IMG/VR virus record: IMGVR_UViG_3300036770_004143
Span: 124,001 to 188,000 of that record
Direction: 5' to 3' (one strand)
Length of the DNA stretch: 64,000 nt
Positions 39,100 to 49,320 of the stretch are shown in pieces (position 1 is the stretch's first letter; the number at the start of each line of letters is the position of its first letter). The translations under genes and the position numbers were made by a program. Below the pieces are notes generated by a model that searched no databases, had not been told where the DNA came from, and saw only the letters and a program-made list of their open reading frames with translations.

Positions 39100-39960
39100 A
39101 TGAAAAGTGAAGGCATTAATGTTTTAAGTTTATTTGATGGAATGTCTTGTGGACAAATTGCATTAAATAGGCTTGGTATAAAGATATCAAAGTATTATGC
39201 ATCTGAAATAGATAAAGCACCAATAAAGGTGACACAGCATAATTATCCAGACACAATCCAGGTTGGGGATGTTACCAAAGTAAAGGGTGATGATTTACCG
39301 CAAATTGATTTGTTAATTGGGGGTAGTCCATGTCAAGGGTTCTCTTTTGCTGGAAAGAAACTTAATTTTGAGGATCCAAGAAGTATTCTATTCTTTGAGT
39401 TTGTTAGGTTGCTTGATGAATGTAAACCTACATATTTTCTATTGGAGAATGTGAAGATGAAGAAAGAATGGCAAGATGTCATTAGTGATTTGTTGGGGGT
39501 TCAACCAATGAGGATTAATAGTTCAAAATTTACAGCAGCAAAGAGAGATAGGTTATATTGGACAAATATCCCAAATATTTCTGAACCTATTGATAAGGAA
39601 ATATCATTTGATGATATTAATTCAAATATTGATGAATGGATTGAACCTGAAAGGATTGAAAAAATTGCTGCCTGGAAGGCACAACAAAAACCTTTAAAAA
39701 ATGCCACATTTATTGGAAGAAAATCAAAATTGCCTTGTTTGACAGCAAGGGGATATAACCAATATCATAGTGGAATGATATTGATAACAGATGGTGAGAA
39801 GTATAGGTATTTAACCAATGAAGAAGCAGAGATGGCACAAGGTGTTCCTGTTGGCTACACATCTATATGTAATGATAGAGAAAGAAGCCATATGCTTGGG
39901 AATGGGTGGACAGTTGATGTAATTGCTCATATATTTTCACCACTAAAAAATGAATTATGA
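39100..39960 (+). CDS. C5-cytosine DNA methyltransferase 1
   Basis: SLFDG, GGSPCQGFS, ENV, RxRxYW, LGNGW. Confidence 0.93.
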   Translation: MKSEGINVLSLFDGMSCGQIALNRLGIKISKYYASEIDKAPIKVTQHNYPDTIQVGDVTKVKGDDLPQIDLLIGGSPCQGFSFAGKKLNFEDPRSILFFEFVRLLDECKPTYFLLENVKMKKEWQDVISDLLGVQPMRINSSKFTAAKRDRLYWTNIPNISEPIDKEISFDDINSNIDEWIEPERIEKIAAWKAQQKPLKNATFIGRKSKLPCLTARGYNQYHSGMILITDGEKYRYLTNEEAEMAQGVPVGYTSICNDRERSHMLGNGWTVDVIAHIFSPLKNEL

Positions 39961-40595
39961 ATATATTAGAATTATTTGCTGGAAGTAGATCCATTGGTAA
40001 AGTTGGTGATAAATTGGGAATGAATGTTTTTTCTGTTGATTGGGAGAAATATGAAGATATTGATTTATGTATTGATGTTGCAAAATTGAAGAAAGAGGAT
40101 ATTCCCTTTATACCTGATTTAATCTGGGCATCTCCCGACTGCACAACATATAGTATTGCTGCTATTTCAACCCATAGAAACAATACTGAACCAAAAAGTG
40201 AATATGCCAAAAAATGTGATGCGACAAATCAGCATTTCATATCCTTAATTAAGGAGTGGTTGGAGATTAATCCTGATATGGTTTTCTTTATTGAGAATCC
40301 AAGGGGTATGTTAAGAAAGATGCCCTGGATGCAGGAATTTAAAAGACACACCATATGGTATTGTGTTTATGGTGATGAAAGAGCTAAGCCAACCGATATA
40401 TGGACAAATTCAGATAAATGGATTCCAAGACCAGTATGTCATAATGGAAATAAGGAATGTCATCATGCACCTGCTCCTAGGGGGTCAAAAACTGGAACAC
40501 AAGGCAGAAAAGGGTCATATGAAAGGAGTAAAATACCTGAACAATTATGTTATGAGGTATTAGAATCTCTCAATAAACCTAATATTACACAATAA
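39957..40595 (+). CDS. short divergent C5-type DNA methyltransferase
   Basis: ELFAGS, ASPDCT, IENP. Confidence 0.75.
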   Translation: MNILELFAGSRSIGKVGDKLGMNVFSVDWEKYEDIDLCIDVAKLKKEDIPFIPDLIWASPDCTTYSIAAISTHRNNTEPKSEYAKKCDATNQHFISLIKEWLEINPDMVFFIENPRGMLRKMPWMQEFKRHTIWYCVYGDERAKPTDIWTNSDKWIPRPVCHNGNKECHHAPAPRGSKTGTQGRKGSYERSKIPEQLCYEVLESLNKPNITQ

Positions 40596-40630
40596 AGTAA
40601 TTAAGTTTATTGTGCAAAAACAACTTTATT

Positions 40631-41455
40631 ATGGAAATAAAAGGTCCTTTTTCATATAGTGGGAACAAATATAAGATATATAAGGCTCATTTAAAGCCCA
40701 TTTTTGATGAATTTGACCAAGTTATTGAGCCATTTGCTGGTTCTGCGCCCCTATTATACAATGCAAAGGGGGGTGGAATTGGCTCTGACACCAATAAAGC
40801 GGTTGTTTTTATGCATAATTCACTAAAAATTGATGAAATTGACAAGAAAATGGAGGAAATTTACCATTTTTACTTCAAAAATGGGCTAAATAAGGACTCT
40901 TATATGGAATTAAGGTCATTTTTCAATGAAAAGTGGAAAATATTTGGGTTTTTTGATGAAATTGCACCACATTTTCTATTATTATGCCAATTATCCTTCA
41001 ATTCTTTGGTTAGATTTAGCAAAAATGGGTATAATGTACCATTTGGAATGAAAAAACCTGACTTTAATAGGGTTTTAGTGCATTCAAACATCTCAAAATC
41101 AAGAAATATCACCATATTTGAGTTAGAATATGATAAATTGGACATTTCTTTGTGTAAAGATGCCATAATTTACTTAGATCCACCATATATTGCATCAAAA
41201 TACCAATATAATGGGTGGAATGTTGAAGATGAGGTTAAATTATTGGAATATATTGATAATTTGCACAAAATTGGGAGGAAATTTGTATTATCCAACACAT
41301 TATATCATAGAGGAGTTAAAAATGAACACCTAAATGCCTGGATTTCCAAGTATAATGTTAAATATATTGATAAAAACTACAATTCTTGGTCTGCGGCAGT
41401 CAAATCTGTTAAAAATGACTATAAAACATGTGAAATTATTGTAGATAATCTATAG
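40631..41455 (+). CDS. Dam-like (D12 class) adenine methyltransferase
   Basis: YSGNK, EPFAGS, YNVPFG, DPPY, LSN. Confidence 0.88.
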   Translation: MEIKGPFSYSGNKYKIYKAHLKPIFDEFDQVIEPFAGSAPLLYNAKGGGIGSDTNKAVVFMHNSLKIDEIDKKMEEIYHFYFKNGLNKDSYMELRSFFNEKWKIFGFFDEIAPHFLLLCQLSFNSLVRFSKNGYNVPFGMKKPDFNRVLVHSNISKSRNITIFELEYDKLDISLCKDAIIYLDPPYIASKYQYNGWNVEDEVKLLEYIDNLHKIGRKFVLSNTLYHRGVKNEHLNAWISKYNVKYIDKNYNSWSAAVKSVKNDYKTCEIIVDNL

Positions 41456-41465
41456 AATTAAGAAT

Positions 41466-42620
41466 ATGAATGTATTAAGTTTGTTTGATGGGATGAGTTG
41501 TGGCCAAATTGCTTTAAATAAAGCAAATATTCCATATAATAACTACTATGCTGCTGAAATAGACAAGTATGGTATGCAAATAACAAAGAAAAACTACCCC
41601 AACACAGTTCATTTGGGTGATGTAACTCAAATAAGGGGTAATAATTTGCCAAAAATTGACTTATTGATTGGTGGTAGTCCTTGCCAGGGGTTTTCATTTG
41701 CTGGGAAACAACTTAATTTTGATGATCCAAGGAGTAAATTGTTCTTTGAGTATGTTAGAATACTAAATGAGGTTAGAGAAACTAATCCAAATGTTAAATT
41801 TTTGCTTGAGAATGTGAAAATGAAGAAAGAATTCTCTGATATAATATCAGAACATCTTGGAGTTGAACCTATTAAGATAAATAGTTCATTAGTTTCTGCC
41901 CAAAATAGACTTAGGTTATATTGGACAAATATTGAAGGTGTTGAACAACCAGAAAATAGGAAAATATATCTAAAAGATGTTTTAGAACCTATTGTGGATG
42001 ACAAATATTACATATCACAGATTGCTGTTGAAAAACTAAATAGACATGGTAATAAAGTAATTAAGGAATTGGGCATTCCTAAAAAATCTGGAACAATACA
42101 TGCTGGATATTATAAGATGGGAGGTAGAGATCAGCAGTATGTCAAGGATATTCCAGATTTACAACCATCATTGCAAGATAGGATTTATTCAGATGATGGT
42201 AAATTTGTTGCAATAACCCCCTCCTTTATGCCATATGTTATTACAATTGATAATCATCATTCAGATTCTGAATTAAAATGTGTTGGTGCATTGGGTAAGA
42301 ATAAAAAATGGCTTGATAATGGTAAAAACTTGCAAAGAAACTTTTCACAAGGGGAGAGAATATATTCAACTGATGGTAAATCACCTTGTTTGTCTGCAAA
42401 TAGTGGTGGTAGTGCTGGGGTTGGTAATACATTGATAACAGATGATATAAAAGATGAATACAAAATTAGGAAATTGACACCTATTGAATGTGAAAGGTTG
42501 CAAACAGTTCCAGATAATTATACAGAGGGGGTTTCAAACACTCAAAGGTATAAAATGTTGGGTAATGGATGGACAGTTGATGTTATTACACATATATTTG
42601 AAAAATTAAAAAGTTTATAA
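41466..42620 (+). CDS. C5-cytosine DNA methyltransferase 2 (long variable region)
   Basis: Same motifs as MTase 1; TPIECERLQ. Confidence 0.93.
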   Translation: MNVLSLFDGMSCGQIALNKANIPYNNYYAAEIDKYGMQITKKNYPNTVHLGDVTQIRGNNLPKIDLLIGGSPCQGFSFAGKQLNFDDPRSKLFFEYVRILNEVRETNPNVKFLLENVKMKKEFSDIISEHLGVEPIKINSSLVSAQNRLRLYWTNIEGVEQPENRKIYLKDVLEPIVDDKYYISQIAVEKLNRHGNKVIKELGIPKKSGTIHAGYYKMGGRDQQYVKDIPDLQPSLQDRIYSDDGKFVAITPSFMPYVITIDNHHSDSELKCVGALGKNKKWLDNGKNLQRNFSQGERIYSTDGKSPCLSANSGGSAGVGNTLITDDIKDEYKIRKLTPIECERLQTVPDNYTEGVSNTQRYKMLGNGWTVDVITHIFEKLKSL

Positions 42621-42642
42621 CTATATTTATATAATAAAAAGT

Positions 42643-43131
42643 ATGGATAAATTATATAAACAAATTAATAGGGTTAAATTTTTAATGGAAGACCATAAAA
42701 ATTTTGGGGATGAAAGATTTGGTATTGGAAACTCCATTGATTTACTTAAAAATAATTATAACATACACAAAGAAGATAAATTACCAGAAGAACTAATTAA
42801 TGTACATGATTCTGCAACACATTCTGAATACTGGGAAGATACGTTAAAATATGTTTCATTAAAAAAAAAGAAATTAAGTAATAACAAAAAATTATATACA
42901 ACTCAAAGTTATTTATCAAAATCATTTATTGATACAATAGATAATAATGTTTATAATTATTCTGATATAATTGTTGCAACTGCAAATGATGATAAATTAT
43001 GGATTTTAAATGGTCATCATAGAATTTACTATGATAGATTAAATGATAGAAATTCTATAGCATATATTTTATCAAAAAATGATGTAAAAGAAATTGACAA
43101 TGTGTTTTACACAAGTGAAGATGATGAATAA
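42643..43131 (+). CDS. leader-bearing ParB/Srx-like protein
   Basis: TTQSYL...ILNGHHR; TATTTAT at 42624. Confidence 0.65.
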   Translation: MDKLYKQINRVKFLMEDHKNFGDERFGIGNSIDLLKNNYNIHKEDKLPEELINVHDSATHSEYWEDTLKYVSLKKKKLSNNKKLYTTQSYLSKSFIDTIDNNVYNYSDIIVATANDDKLWILNGHHRIYYDRLNDRNSIAYILSKNDVKEIDNVFYTSEDDE

Positions 43132-43144
43132 TAAATATTGAAAT

Positions 43145-44050
43145 ATGAATGTATTAAGTTTGTTTGATGGGATGTCTTGTGGCCAAATTGCATTGAATAG
43201 GGCTAATATTCAATACAACAATTATTTTGCATCAGAGATAGATAAGAATGCCATAAAAGTTACACAGCATCATTACCCTAACACAGTTCAATTGGGTGAT
43301 GTGACAAAAATTGAGTTTATTGCTTCAAAGATTGATTTGTTAATTGGGGGAAGCCCCTGCCAGGGTTTTTCATTTGCTGGGAAGCAACTTAATTTTGATG
43401 ATCCAAGGAGCAAGTTATTTTTTGAGTTTGTTAGATTAATTGATGAGTGTAAACCAACATATTTCTTATTGGAGAATGTTGTGATGAAAAAAGAATATGA
43501 GGATGTTATTACCCAATATTTGGGAGTAGAACCAATCAAAATTAATAGTTCGTTGGTTTCAGCACAAAATAGAATTAGATTATATTGGACAAATATACCA
43601 AACGTTAAAGAGCCAGAGGATAGGAACATTTCATTGAGTGATATTCTTGAGGATGATTCTATTATAAATCCTGGTGCAATTAGGGGTAGGAGATTAAATA
43701 AAGCAACCATAATTGGTAGAAGGTTAAATTTTGATGGAAAGAGAAAAGATTATGACAAAGATATACCCATTACCCAATGCTTGGAAGTAAGAGCAACCAA
43801 TACAAATAAGAGCAATTGCCTCACCACTGTTGATAAGGACAATGTATTGACCACAATGCCCATTGGAAGGCATCCAAATGCTTTTAAAGATAAGTTACCA
43901 TTTAGATACTACACATTAAAAGAGTATGAGAGGCTTCAAACAATACCAGAAGGTTATACAAGTGTTGTATCTACATCACAAGCAAAAAAAATGATTGGTA
44001 ATGCTTGGACAGTAGATGTTATTTCACATATTTTCTCTTACTTAAAATAA
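43145..44050 (+). CDS. C5-cytosine DNA methyltransferase 3
   Basis: Same motifs; 5' end nearly identical to MTase 2. Confidence 0.93.
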   Translation: MNVLSLFDGMSCGQIALNRANIQYNNYFASEIDKNAIKVTQHHYPNTVQLGDVTKIEFIASKIDLLIGGSPCQGFSFAGKQLNFDDPRSKLFFEFVRLIDECKPTYFLLENVVMKKEYEDVITQYLGVEPIKINSSLVSAQNRIRLYWTNIPNVKEPEDRNISLSDILEDDSIINPGAIRGRRLNKATIIGRRLNFDGKRKDYDKDIPITQCLEVRATNTNKSNCLTTVDKDNVLTTMPIGRHPNAFKDKLPFRYYTLKEYERLQTIPEGYTSVVSTSQAKKMIGNAWTVDVISHIFSYLK

Positions 44051-44106
44051 GTAAAATTTGGTTCACACCAAAAAGTTCACTATCATTGTATATAAGAAAT
44101 ACAACT

Positions 44107-44301
44107 ATGACAAATCAATGCATTGAGTTTGAAAAACTTCCAGACAACAATTTTTTTATGCTTGATGGTATAACATATTGCAAATTTGGAAGATATGGAT
44201 TAGGGTTTAATGATGGTGAAAAAGCCTTCAAAATAGTCAATCCCAAAACATTGGTTGAGCAATTAGATTTAAAAGATGTTTTTTCTAAAAAAAATACATA
44301 A
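44107..44301 (+). CDS. small hypothetical protein
   Basis: MTNQCIEF; TATCATTG upstream. Confidence 0.6.
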   Translation: MTNQCIEFEKLPDNNFFMLDGITYCKFGRYGLGFNDGEKAFKIVNPKTLVEQLDLKDVFSKKNT

Positions 44302-44359
44302 TTATACCTTTCTTATCAAAAATATATTTATCTTTGCACTGTTATAAAGATGATGAGTT

Positions 44360-44617
44360 ATGGAAAAAGATGTAGCCAAAATACTTAGAGAATTACAATA
44401 CTTAGCAACAGCTTCTAAGGACTTTAAGACAAATTACCACAACCTAATAATTGTGTCCACTCTAATACGTGGTAATTTGAATGAATACTACCTGCCAGAT
44501 CATAATGGCAAACTAAGTATTGTATCTAAGGAAATGGCAATTGATTATATAAAGTCAATATCCGCTTTGCCTCAAAATGAAACTAGGGGCAAAGCGGAAA
44601 AAAGTGAAAACAATTAA
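44360..44617 (+). CDS. small hypothetical protein
   Basis: TATCTTTG at 44329. Confidence 0.65.
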   Translation: MEKDVAKILRELQYLATASKDFKTNYHNLIIVSTLIRGNLNEYYLPDHNGKLSIVSKEMAIDYIKSISALPQNETRGKAEKSENN

Positions 44618-44897
44618 ATTATTTATTATGATGATAATCTTTTTATTTGTATATATATCTCTTACAGTTCATTTATTATTTTATGAGTTTGATGATAAAC
44701 ATCTTAAAATATTTAGATTACTAGGCAAAGTTATGGGTACTACAATAACATTATTTATTCTATTTATTTTAATGTCATCAGTAATTGGAAGATTTGTTGA
44801 TAATCTTGAAGTTAATTACACCATTTTATTATTTATCTTACTTTTAACATTCCTTATTATTTTCTGGACTATAAAAGTTATAAAATTCTTTGAATAA
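44577..44897 (+). CDS. 3-TM membrane protein
   Basis: Three hydrophobic helices; start uncertain. Confidence 0.6.
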   Translation: MKLGAKRKKVKTIKLFIMMIIFLFVYISLTVHLLFYEFDDKHLKIFRLLGKVMGTTITLFILFILMSSVIGRFVDNLEVNYTILLFILLLTFLIIFWTIKVIKFFE

Positions 44898-44950
44898 TTT
44901 CTTTTTTTTGATTTAGTTTTATTATCTTTACAGACCAAAACAAAAGAACA

Positions 44951-45358
44951 ATGAAACTCTTAACAAAAACAGAAAACCTAAGTTTTGCAGATAGTACAGG
45001 ATTAGCAAATGCTGTTATTGACTGGTGTGAAAAAAATATTGGAACTAATTGGAGATATCCAAGACCCAGGTTAAGTTTATTGGGTGGTATAGCAGATGAT
45101 ATGTCAAGAGACACATACGGGGAGTATGATGTTGAAAATAATCTTATCAATATTAATTTAGAACGTAATGTGTATGTTAGGTGTCTTATAAAAACCATCA
45201 TACACGAATATACACACTACCTTCAACCAGTTAGAACAAAGTATTGGAAACTGGCTAAAAAGCATGGATACTATGACAATCCATTAGAGGTTGAAGCAAG
45301 GTTTAATGAAAACACAAAGTATAGAGATTGTTTCAAGGACTTAAAAAAAATATTATGA
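44951..45358 (+). CDS. small HExxH metallopeptidase-like protein
   Basis: YGEY...IIHEYTHYLQ...NPLEVEA. Confidence 0.75.
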   Translation: MKLLTKTENLSFADSTGLANAVIDWCEKNIGTNWRYPRPRLSLLGGIADDMSRDTYGEYDVENNLININLERNVYVRCLIKTIIHEYTHYLQPVRTKYWKLAKKHGYYDNPLEVEARFNENTKYRDCFKDLKKIL

Positions 45359-45483
45359 AAATTATTAGGTTTTTAGGAAAATTATCATTATATTTGCTAA
45401 CCATTTTGATATTGAGTTTCCTTGTATATCAAGGGATATTAATGGGGATAGTTTTGTATTACTTTTTAAAAATATTTGCATGA
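45355..45483 (+). CDS. 42-aa membrane peptide
   Basis: MKIIRFLGKLSLYLLTILILSFLVYQGILMGIVLYYFLKIFA; ATGA overlaps at both ends. Confidence 0.55.
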   Translation: MKIIRFLGKLSLYLLTILILSFLVYQGILMGIVLYYFLKIFA

Positions 45484-45665
45484 AAGAAATAAAACAAGAA
45501 AAAGACAAGTGTGTTCTTTGTGGTAAAGAAACACCATATTTAATAACTACTCATATTGATTATAGAGTTGGGTATATTGAAGGTGGGGGACAAGGCTGCT
45601 TCCAGCCCCAGACATGTAATGATGAGAAATTTTATCAAACAACTAAAAATAAGAAAAATGACTAA
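45480..45665 (+). CDS. small Cys-containing hypothetical protein
   Basis: CVLCG...YIEGGGQGC. Confidence 0.65.
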   Translation: MKEIKQEKDKCVLCGKETPYLITTHIDYRVGYIEGGGQGCFQPQTCNDEKFYQTTKNKKND

Positions 45666-45975
45666 AACACAATTTATTTCCATTCTTGAGAGATATAAAA
45701 CTATTAATGATAAATTTTCAGAGTTGGCTAATATTGGGTTTGACTTTTTTGAGAATGCAAAATTTCCATTGATTGAATTAACTGAAAGACAGTTTGATGC
45801 TTTTATGGAGACAAGATATAACAAAGAAGGTATTGAATGGATTTCTTGGTTTATTTTTGACTATAACTGGGGTGAAACTGGACAGCCTAGTGCTTGGGAT
45901 AAGGATAATAATCCAATTTGCACAGACATTGAATCCCTATATGATTATATAGAGGCAAATTGTAGAGTGGAGTAA
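45658..45975 (+). CDS. hypothetical protein
   Basis: MTKTQF..; WISWFIFD. Confidence 0.7.
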   Translation: MTKTQFISILERYKTINDKFSELANIGFDFFENAKFPLIELTERQFDAFMETRYNKEGIEWISWFIFDYNWGETGQPSAWDKDNNPICTDIESLYDYIEANCRVE

Positions 45976-45986
45976 TTTTTTTATTA

Positions 45987-46060
45987 GGATCTGTAGCTCA
46001 GTTGGTAGCAGCAAAACGCTCATAACGTTGAGGTCGCAAGTTCAAGTCTTGCCAGATCCA
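45987..46060 (+). tRNA. tRNA-CAT (Ile2/lysidine or elongator Met)
   Basis: GGATCTG/CAGATCC acceptor stem, CTCATAA loop; lacks initiator hallmarks. Confidence 0.85.
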
Positions 46061-46074
46061 CAACATTATTAATT

Positions 46075-46149
46075 TGGCATATAGCTCAAAGGTGGAGCAC
46101 AATTCTGATAAGATTGAGGTTGCTGGTTCAAGTCCAGCTATGCCAACCA
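46075..46149 (+). tRNA. tRNA-Ile (GAT)
   Basis: TGGCATA/TATGCCA acceptor stem, CTGATAA loop, CCA. Confidence 0.9.
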
Positions 46150-46161
46150 AAAAACAAAACA

Positions 46162-46395
46162 ATGGCAGAATATAGCAAGGAGTATTGTATTGAAAGAAAT
46201 ATGGGATTTCAAGGAGACTTTTCCATAGAAGAAGAGTTTAATAAACTTGAAAAAGACAATGATATTGGTATAGTTTGTGAAGGTTATGGTTTTATTGCCA
46301 TAGCCAGAAACCAAGAGGATCAATGTCTGGTTGCATATAGAGATGCTGATGATGGTATTATCTGGGATGAATTTTTATTTACACAAAAAAATTAA
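46162..46395 (+). CDS. small acidic hypothetical protein
   Basis: MAEYSKE start after the tRNA. Confidence 0.65.
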   Translation: MAEYSKEYCIERNMGFQGDFSIEEEFNKLEKDNDIGIVCEGYGFIAIARNQEDQCLVAYRDADDGIIWDEFLFTQKN

Positions 46396-46400
46396 AATAT

Positions 46401-46661
46401 ATGGGAATTTTAAATTATGTTTATGTTGTTGTTTGTGATGGTAGGCCAATATTAGCAGCACATAATAAAGCTGAGATTGAAAGTATGCTATATGAGTATA
46501 TATTTGGATCCAGAGAGGTTAATAAAGACCAGTTGACATACCAACCTTATGATAGCAAATATCCCTCTATAAACGACTTGGAGGGTATCTATTACTACAA
46601 GGATGAAATGGGGGATGTGGATGAGTTTAGAGTTTATGGAACTGAATATTCAAATAAATAA
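46401..46661 (+). CDS. hypothetical protein
   Basis: 86 aa. Confidence 0.65.
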   Translation: MGILNYVYVVVCDGRPILAAHNKAEIESMLYEYIFGSREVNKDQLTYQPYDSKYPSINDLEGIYYYKDEMGDVDEFRVYGTEYSNK

Positions 46662-46937
46662 ATGACTAAAATGAAATTGGAAGAAGTTATTTCAAAATAT
46701 GGTGATGTCAAATTAAAGTTTGAGTTTTACCATAAACATACCTTCAAATTTGAAGGCACAGCACCTGATGGTACAGATATAGGTGCGTATTGTGGGGGTG
46801 ATGCCCAGGCTATATTTAATAAAGAGATTTTTAATGATAGCACTGATACACTTGGCAATATAATTGGAAAGTGGTATTATGTACAATTGGTTAGACAAGG
46901 TGAAACTATTTTTGAATTGGAAGATTTCTCAAAATAA
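46662..46937 (+). CDS. hypothetical protein
   Basis: 91 aa. Confidence 0.65.
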   Translation: MTKMKLEEVISKYGDVKLKFEFYHKHTFKFEGTAPDGTDIGAYCGGDAQAIFNKEIFNDSTDTLGNIIGKWYYVQLVRQGETIFELEDFSK

Positions 46938-46945
46938 TAAAAAAA

Positions 46946-47221
46946 ATGAAAACATTTAAAGATTTGGTTTTTGAACCATCAGAAGCACCATTAAATGGTA
47001 TTAGATCCACAATTGATTTTGATAATGGCTATGGAGTAAGTGTTATTAAGAATTCATTCTCATATGGAGGATCTGCTGGTTTCTATGAACTTGCAGTTGT
47101 TAAAGATGGTCAAATTAATTATGATAATCCAGTTGCCAATGGAGATGTTGTTGGATGGCTTAATGAGGAAGAAGTTTCTGAATTATTGATTGAAATCCAA
47201 AATTTTGAAGATAAATTTTGA
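46946..47221 (+). CDS. conserved small phage protein
   Basis: FDNGYGVSV...SYGG...YELAV...DVVGWL. Confidence 0.7.
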   Translation: MKTFKDLVFEPSEAPLNGIRSTIDFDNGYGVSVIKNSFSYGGSAGFYELAVVKDGQINYDNPVANGDVVGWLNEEEVSELLIEIQNFEDKF

Positions 47222-47271
47222 TATTTAGAAAATAAGATGTATATTTGAACCATAATCAAAAACAAAAACAA

Positions 47272-47736
47272 ATGAACAGACTAATTTTAACAATTCTTGT
47301 TGCTCTACCCCTAGTTGGGTTTTCACAATCTACGATTGACACATTATGCTTTGAACTTCCTTATAGGAAACAAGCACCAGCTCCTTGCAGTATTGAAGAT
47401 ACTACCACATCTGAAACCAGATTATATATGGTTAAAGTTGGGTTATATGACAGGAATATTGAAGCTAGGGAATACATCATAAAGATTGACCTTGGATCAC
47501 AATATCACTACTTCTATAACCAATTATTTAGAAGCAGGGATAAAGCAACTAATGCTATGAAGAATTTAAGGGGATTGGGCTACTGTGATGCTTATGTTGT
47601 TGAATTACCTAGTTTTATTATGGGGTTTGAATTTAATGAACCAAAACAAACAACCTCACTTGCTAACCCAAATCAACTTCCAACATCGCTTAGTAAACAA
47701 CCACAAAGTGGGGCAAAGGTTACTTGGGTGAATTGA
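47272..47736 (+). CDS. secreted SPOR-like protein
   Basis: Signal peptide; YMVKVG...FRSRDKA...LRGLGYCDAYVV. Confidence 0.6.
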   Translation: MNRLILTILVALPLVGFSQSTIDTLCFELPYRKQAPAPCSIEDTTTSETRLYMVKVGLYDRNIEAREYIIKIDLGSQYHYFYNQLFRSRDKATNAMKNLRGLGYCDAYVVELPSFIMGFEFNEPKQTTSLANPNQLPTSLSKQPQSGAKVTWVN

Positions 47737-47819
47737 CACAACCATTTGAATCTTAAAAAGAGGCATATGCATTTTGTGTATGCCTTTTTTAATAAACATT
47801 TTTTAATAAACAAAAAAAC

Positions 47820-48443
47820 ATGAAGAATTTAATTTTATTAATTTTTACAATTTTAACCACATCATTAAATGCACAGTTTATCACAACTGGTATTAGAGGG
47901 GGTTTAAGTAGTTCTATGAGTTTGGATGAAATTCAACTCATTAACACATCAAGCAAGGAGGAATTCTTGTTGTCTATGAGTAACAAAACATTTGGATACC
48001 ACTTTGGTGCATTGTTAAGAGTTAAACTTGGACCATTATTTGTGCAACCAGAGGTTGTTTTCAATTCAAACTCATTTGATATATCTTTCCAGGATATAAA
48101 TAAGTTAACAACAAATATTGGAAAACAAAAATTTCAATACATTGATATCCCTGTCTTGGTTGGAATTAAATTTGGTCCATTAAGAGTTAATGCAGGACCA
48201 ACTGGTCATTTATTTCTAAATAACACAAAGGATTTATTTGATGTAAATAATTATGCAGCAACTTTTGAAAAAGTTAGTATTGCTTACACAACAGGTGTAG
48301 GGTTGGATTTGGGTGCATTTATGCTTGATGTGAGGTATGATGGTAATTTATCTGATAATAATCCCCTAATTCAATTTACAGAAGGATTTACCTTATCAAA
48401 TAGACCACCAAGATTCTCTGCTAGTATTGGTTTTAAGTTTTAA
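47820..48443 (+). CDS. PorT-like outer-membrane beta-barrel protein
   Basis: Signal peptide (..LNAQ), GIRGG, FVQPE, YIDIPVLVG, terminal GFKF. Confidence 0.8.
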   Translation: MKNLILLIFTILTTSLNAQFITTGIRGGLSSSMSLDEIQLINTSSKEEFLLSMSNKTFGYHFGALLRVKLGPLFVQPEVVFNSNSFDISFQDINKLTTNIGKQKFQYIDIPVLVGIKFGPLRVNAGPTGHLFLNNTKDLFDVNNYAATFEKVSIAYTTGVGLDLGAFMLDVRYDGNLSDNNPLIQFTEGFTLSNRPPRFSASIGFKF

Positions 48444-48555
48444 AACTAAATGAAAATTTTAATACCCCAATCTGAATAATAATTTAGGTTGGGGTTTTTT
48501 TATTCAAGTATTATGTGTATATTTGCATATCAATTAATCACAAAAAATAAATCAC

Positions 48556-49320
48556 ATGTTTGTATCACAGAATATCCAGAAGCCAATTGAGAATGAGTTG
48601 GATTTATTTGAAAGAGCCTTAGAAGGTAAGGACAAAGATGCTATTAAATTATACATCAAGAAAGAATTTTTTGAGGAGGAAAATTTGTATAATTTCCTCA
48701 ATGAAAGGTTGAAAGATTTGGAGATTAAATCAAAGAGGGCAACAAAGTTTAAGAATTTTGAGGCAATGATTAGATCTGGGTTAAAATCTTTGGCTGGAAA
48801 AGATGATTTTAGACCTGCTATGATGACAGCATACTTCTGTTTTGATAGAAAGGAAATTGCTATTACAGATGCACATAAAATGGTTGTTATTCCTGCACCA
48901 GATTTAGAATTTACAGAAGACACTTATTTCTCTGTTGATAAATTAAAAAATCTAATTGCTCAAAATGAGGAGGAGTTTGTAAATAAGTTTCCAAGATACT
49001 ATAATGTTATTCCAGAGTTATCTGATGAGAATGCTTTTGATGTTGATATTACCCAAAGGGATATTGATGTGATGAGGAAGTTTGTGGAAGTTTGCAAATT
49101 GTTGGGAATGAAGCATATGAAGGTTAAAATTGGACCATCATTATTTGATCCAATTAAAGTGTTGGAAGTAATTGATTTTGCTAGAAGCATTGACCCAAAA
49201 TGGGCAATCAATTTTAAAGCCAAGACATTATCACATCCTCATATTATGGTATCAAATGGTTATACCTTTTTGATTATGCCATTATTGCAATCTGAGGATG
49301 ATAAATTCTTCAAGGTTTAG
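48556..49320 (+). CDS. protein with a DNA sliding-clamp (DnaN)-like domain
   Basis: DDFRPAM...AITDAHKM...KFPRYYNVIP...LIMP echoes beta-clamp motifs. Confidence 0.5.
   Translation: MFVSQNIQKPIENELDLFERALEGKDKDAIKLYIKKEFFEEENLYNFLNERLKDLEIKSKRATKFKNFEAMIRSGLKSLAGKDDFRPAMMTAYFCFDRKEIAITDAHKMVVIPAPDLEFTEDTYFSVDKLKNLIAQNEEEFVNKFPRYYNVIPELSDENAFDVDITQRDIDVMRKFVEVCKLLGMKHMKVKIGPSLFDPIKVLEVIDFARSIDPKWAINFKAKTLSHPHIMVSNGYTFLIMPLLQSEDDKFFKV

Noticed and set aside
39100-44050. Restriction-modification system
   Set aside because: No recognisable endonuclease or HsdS/HsdR; the intervening gene is a ParB-like leader-bearing protein
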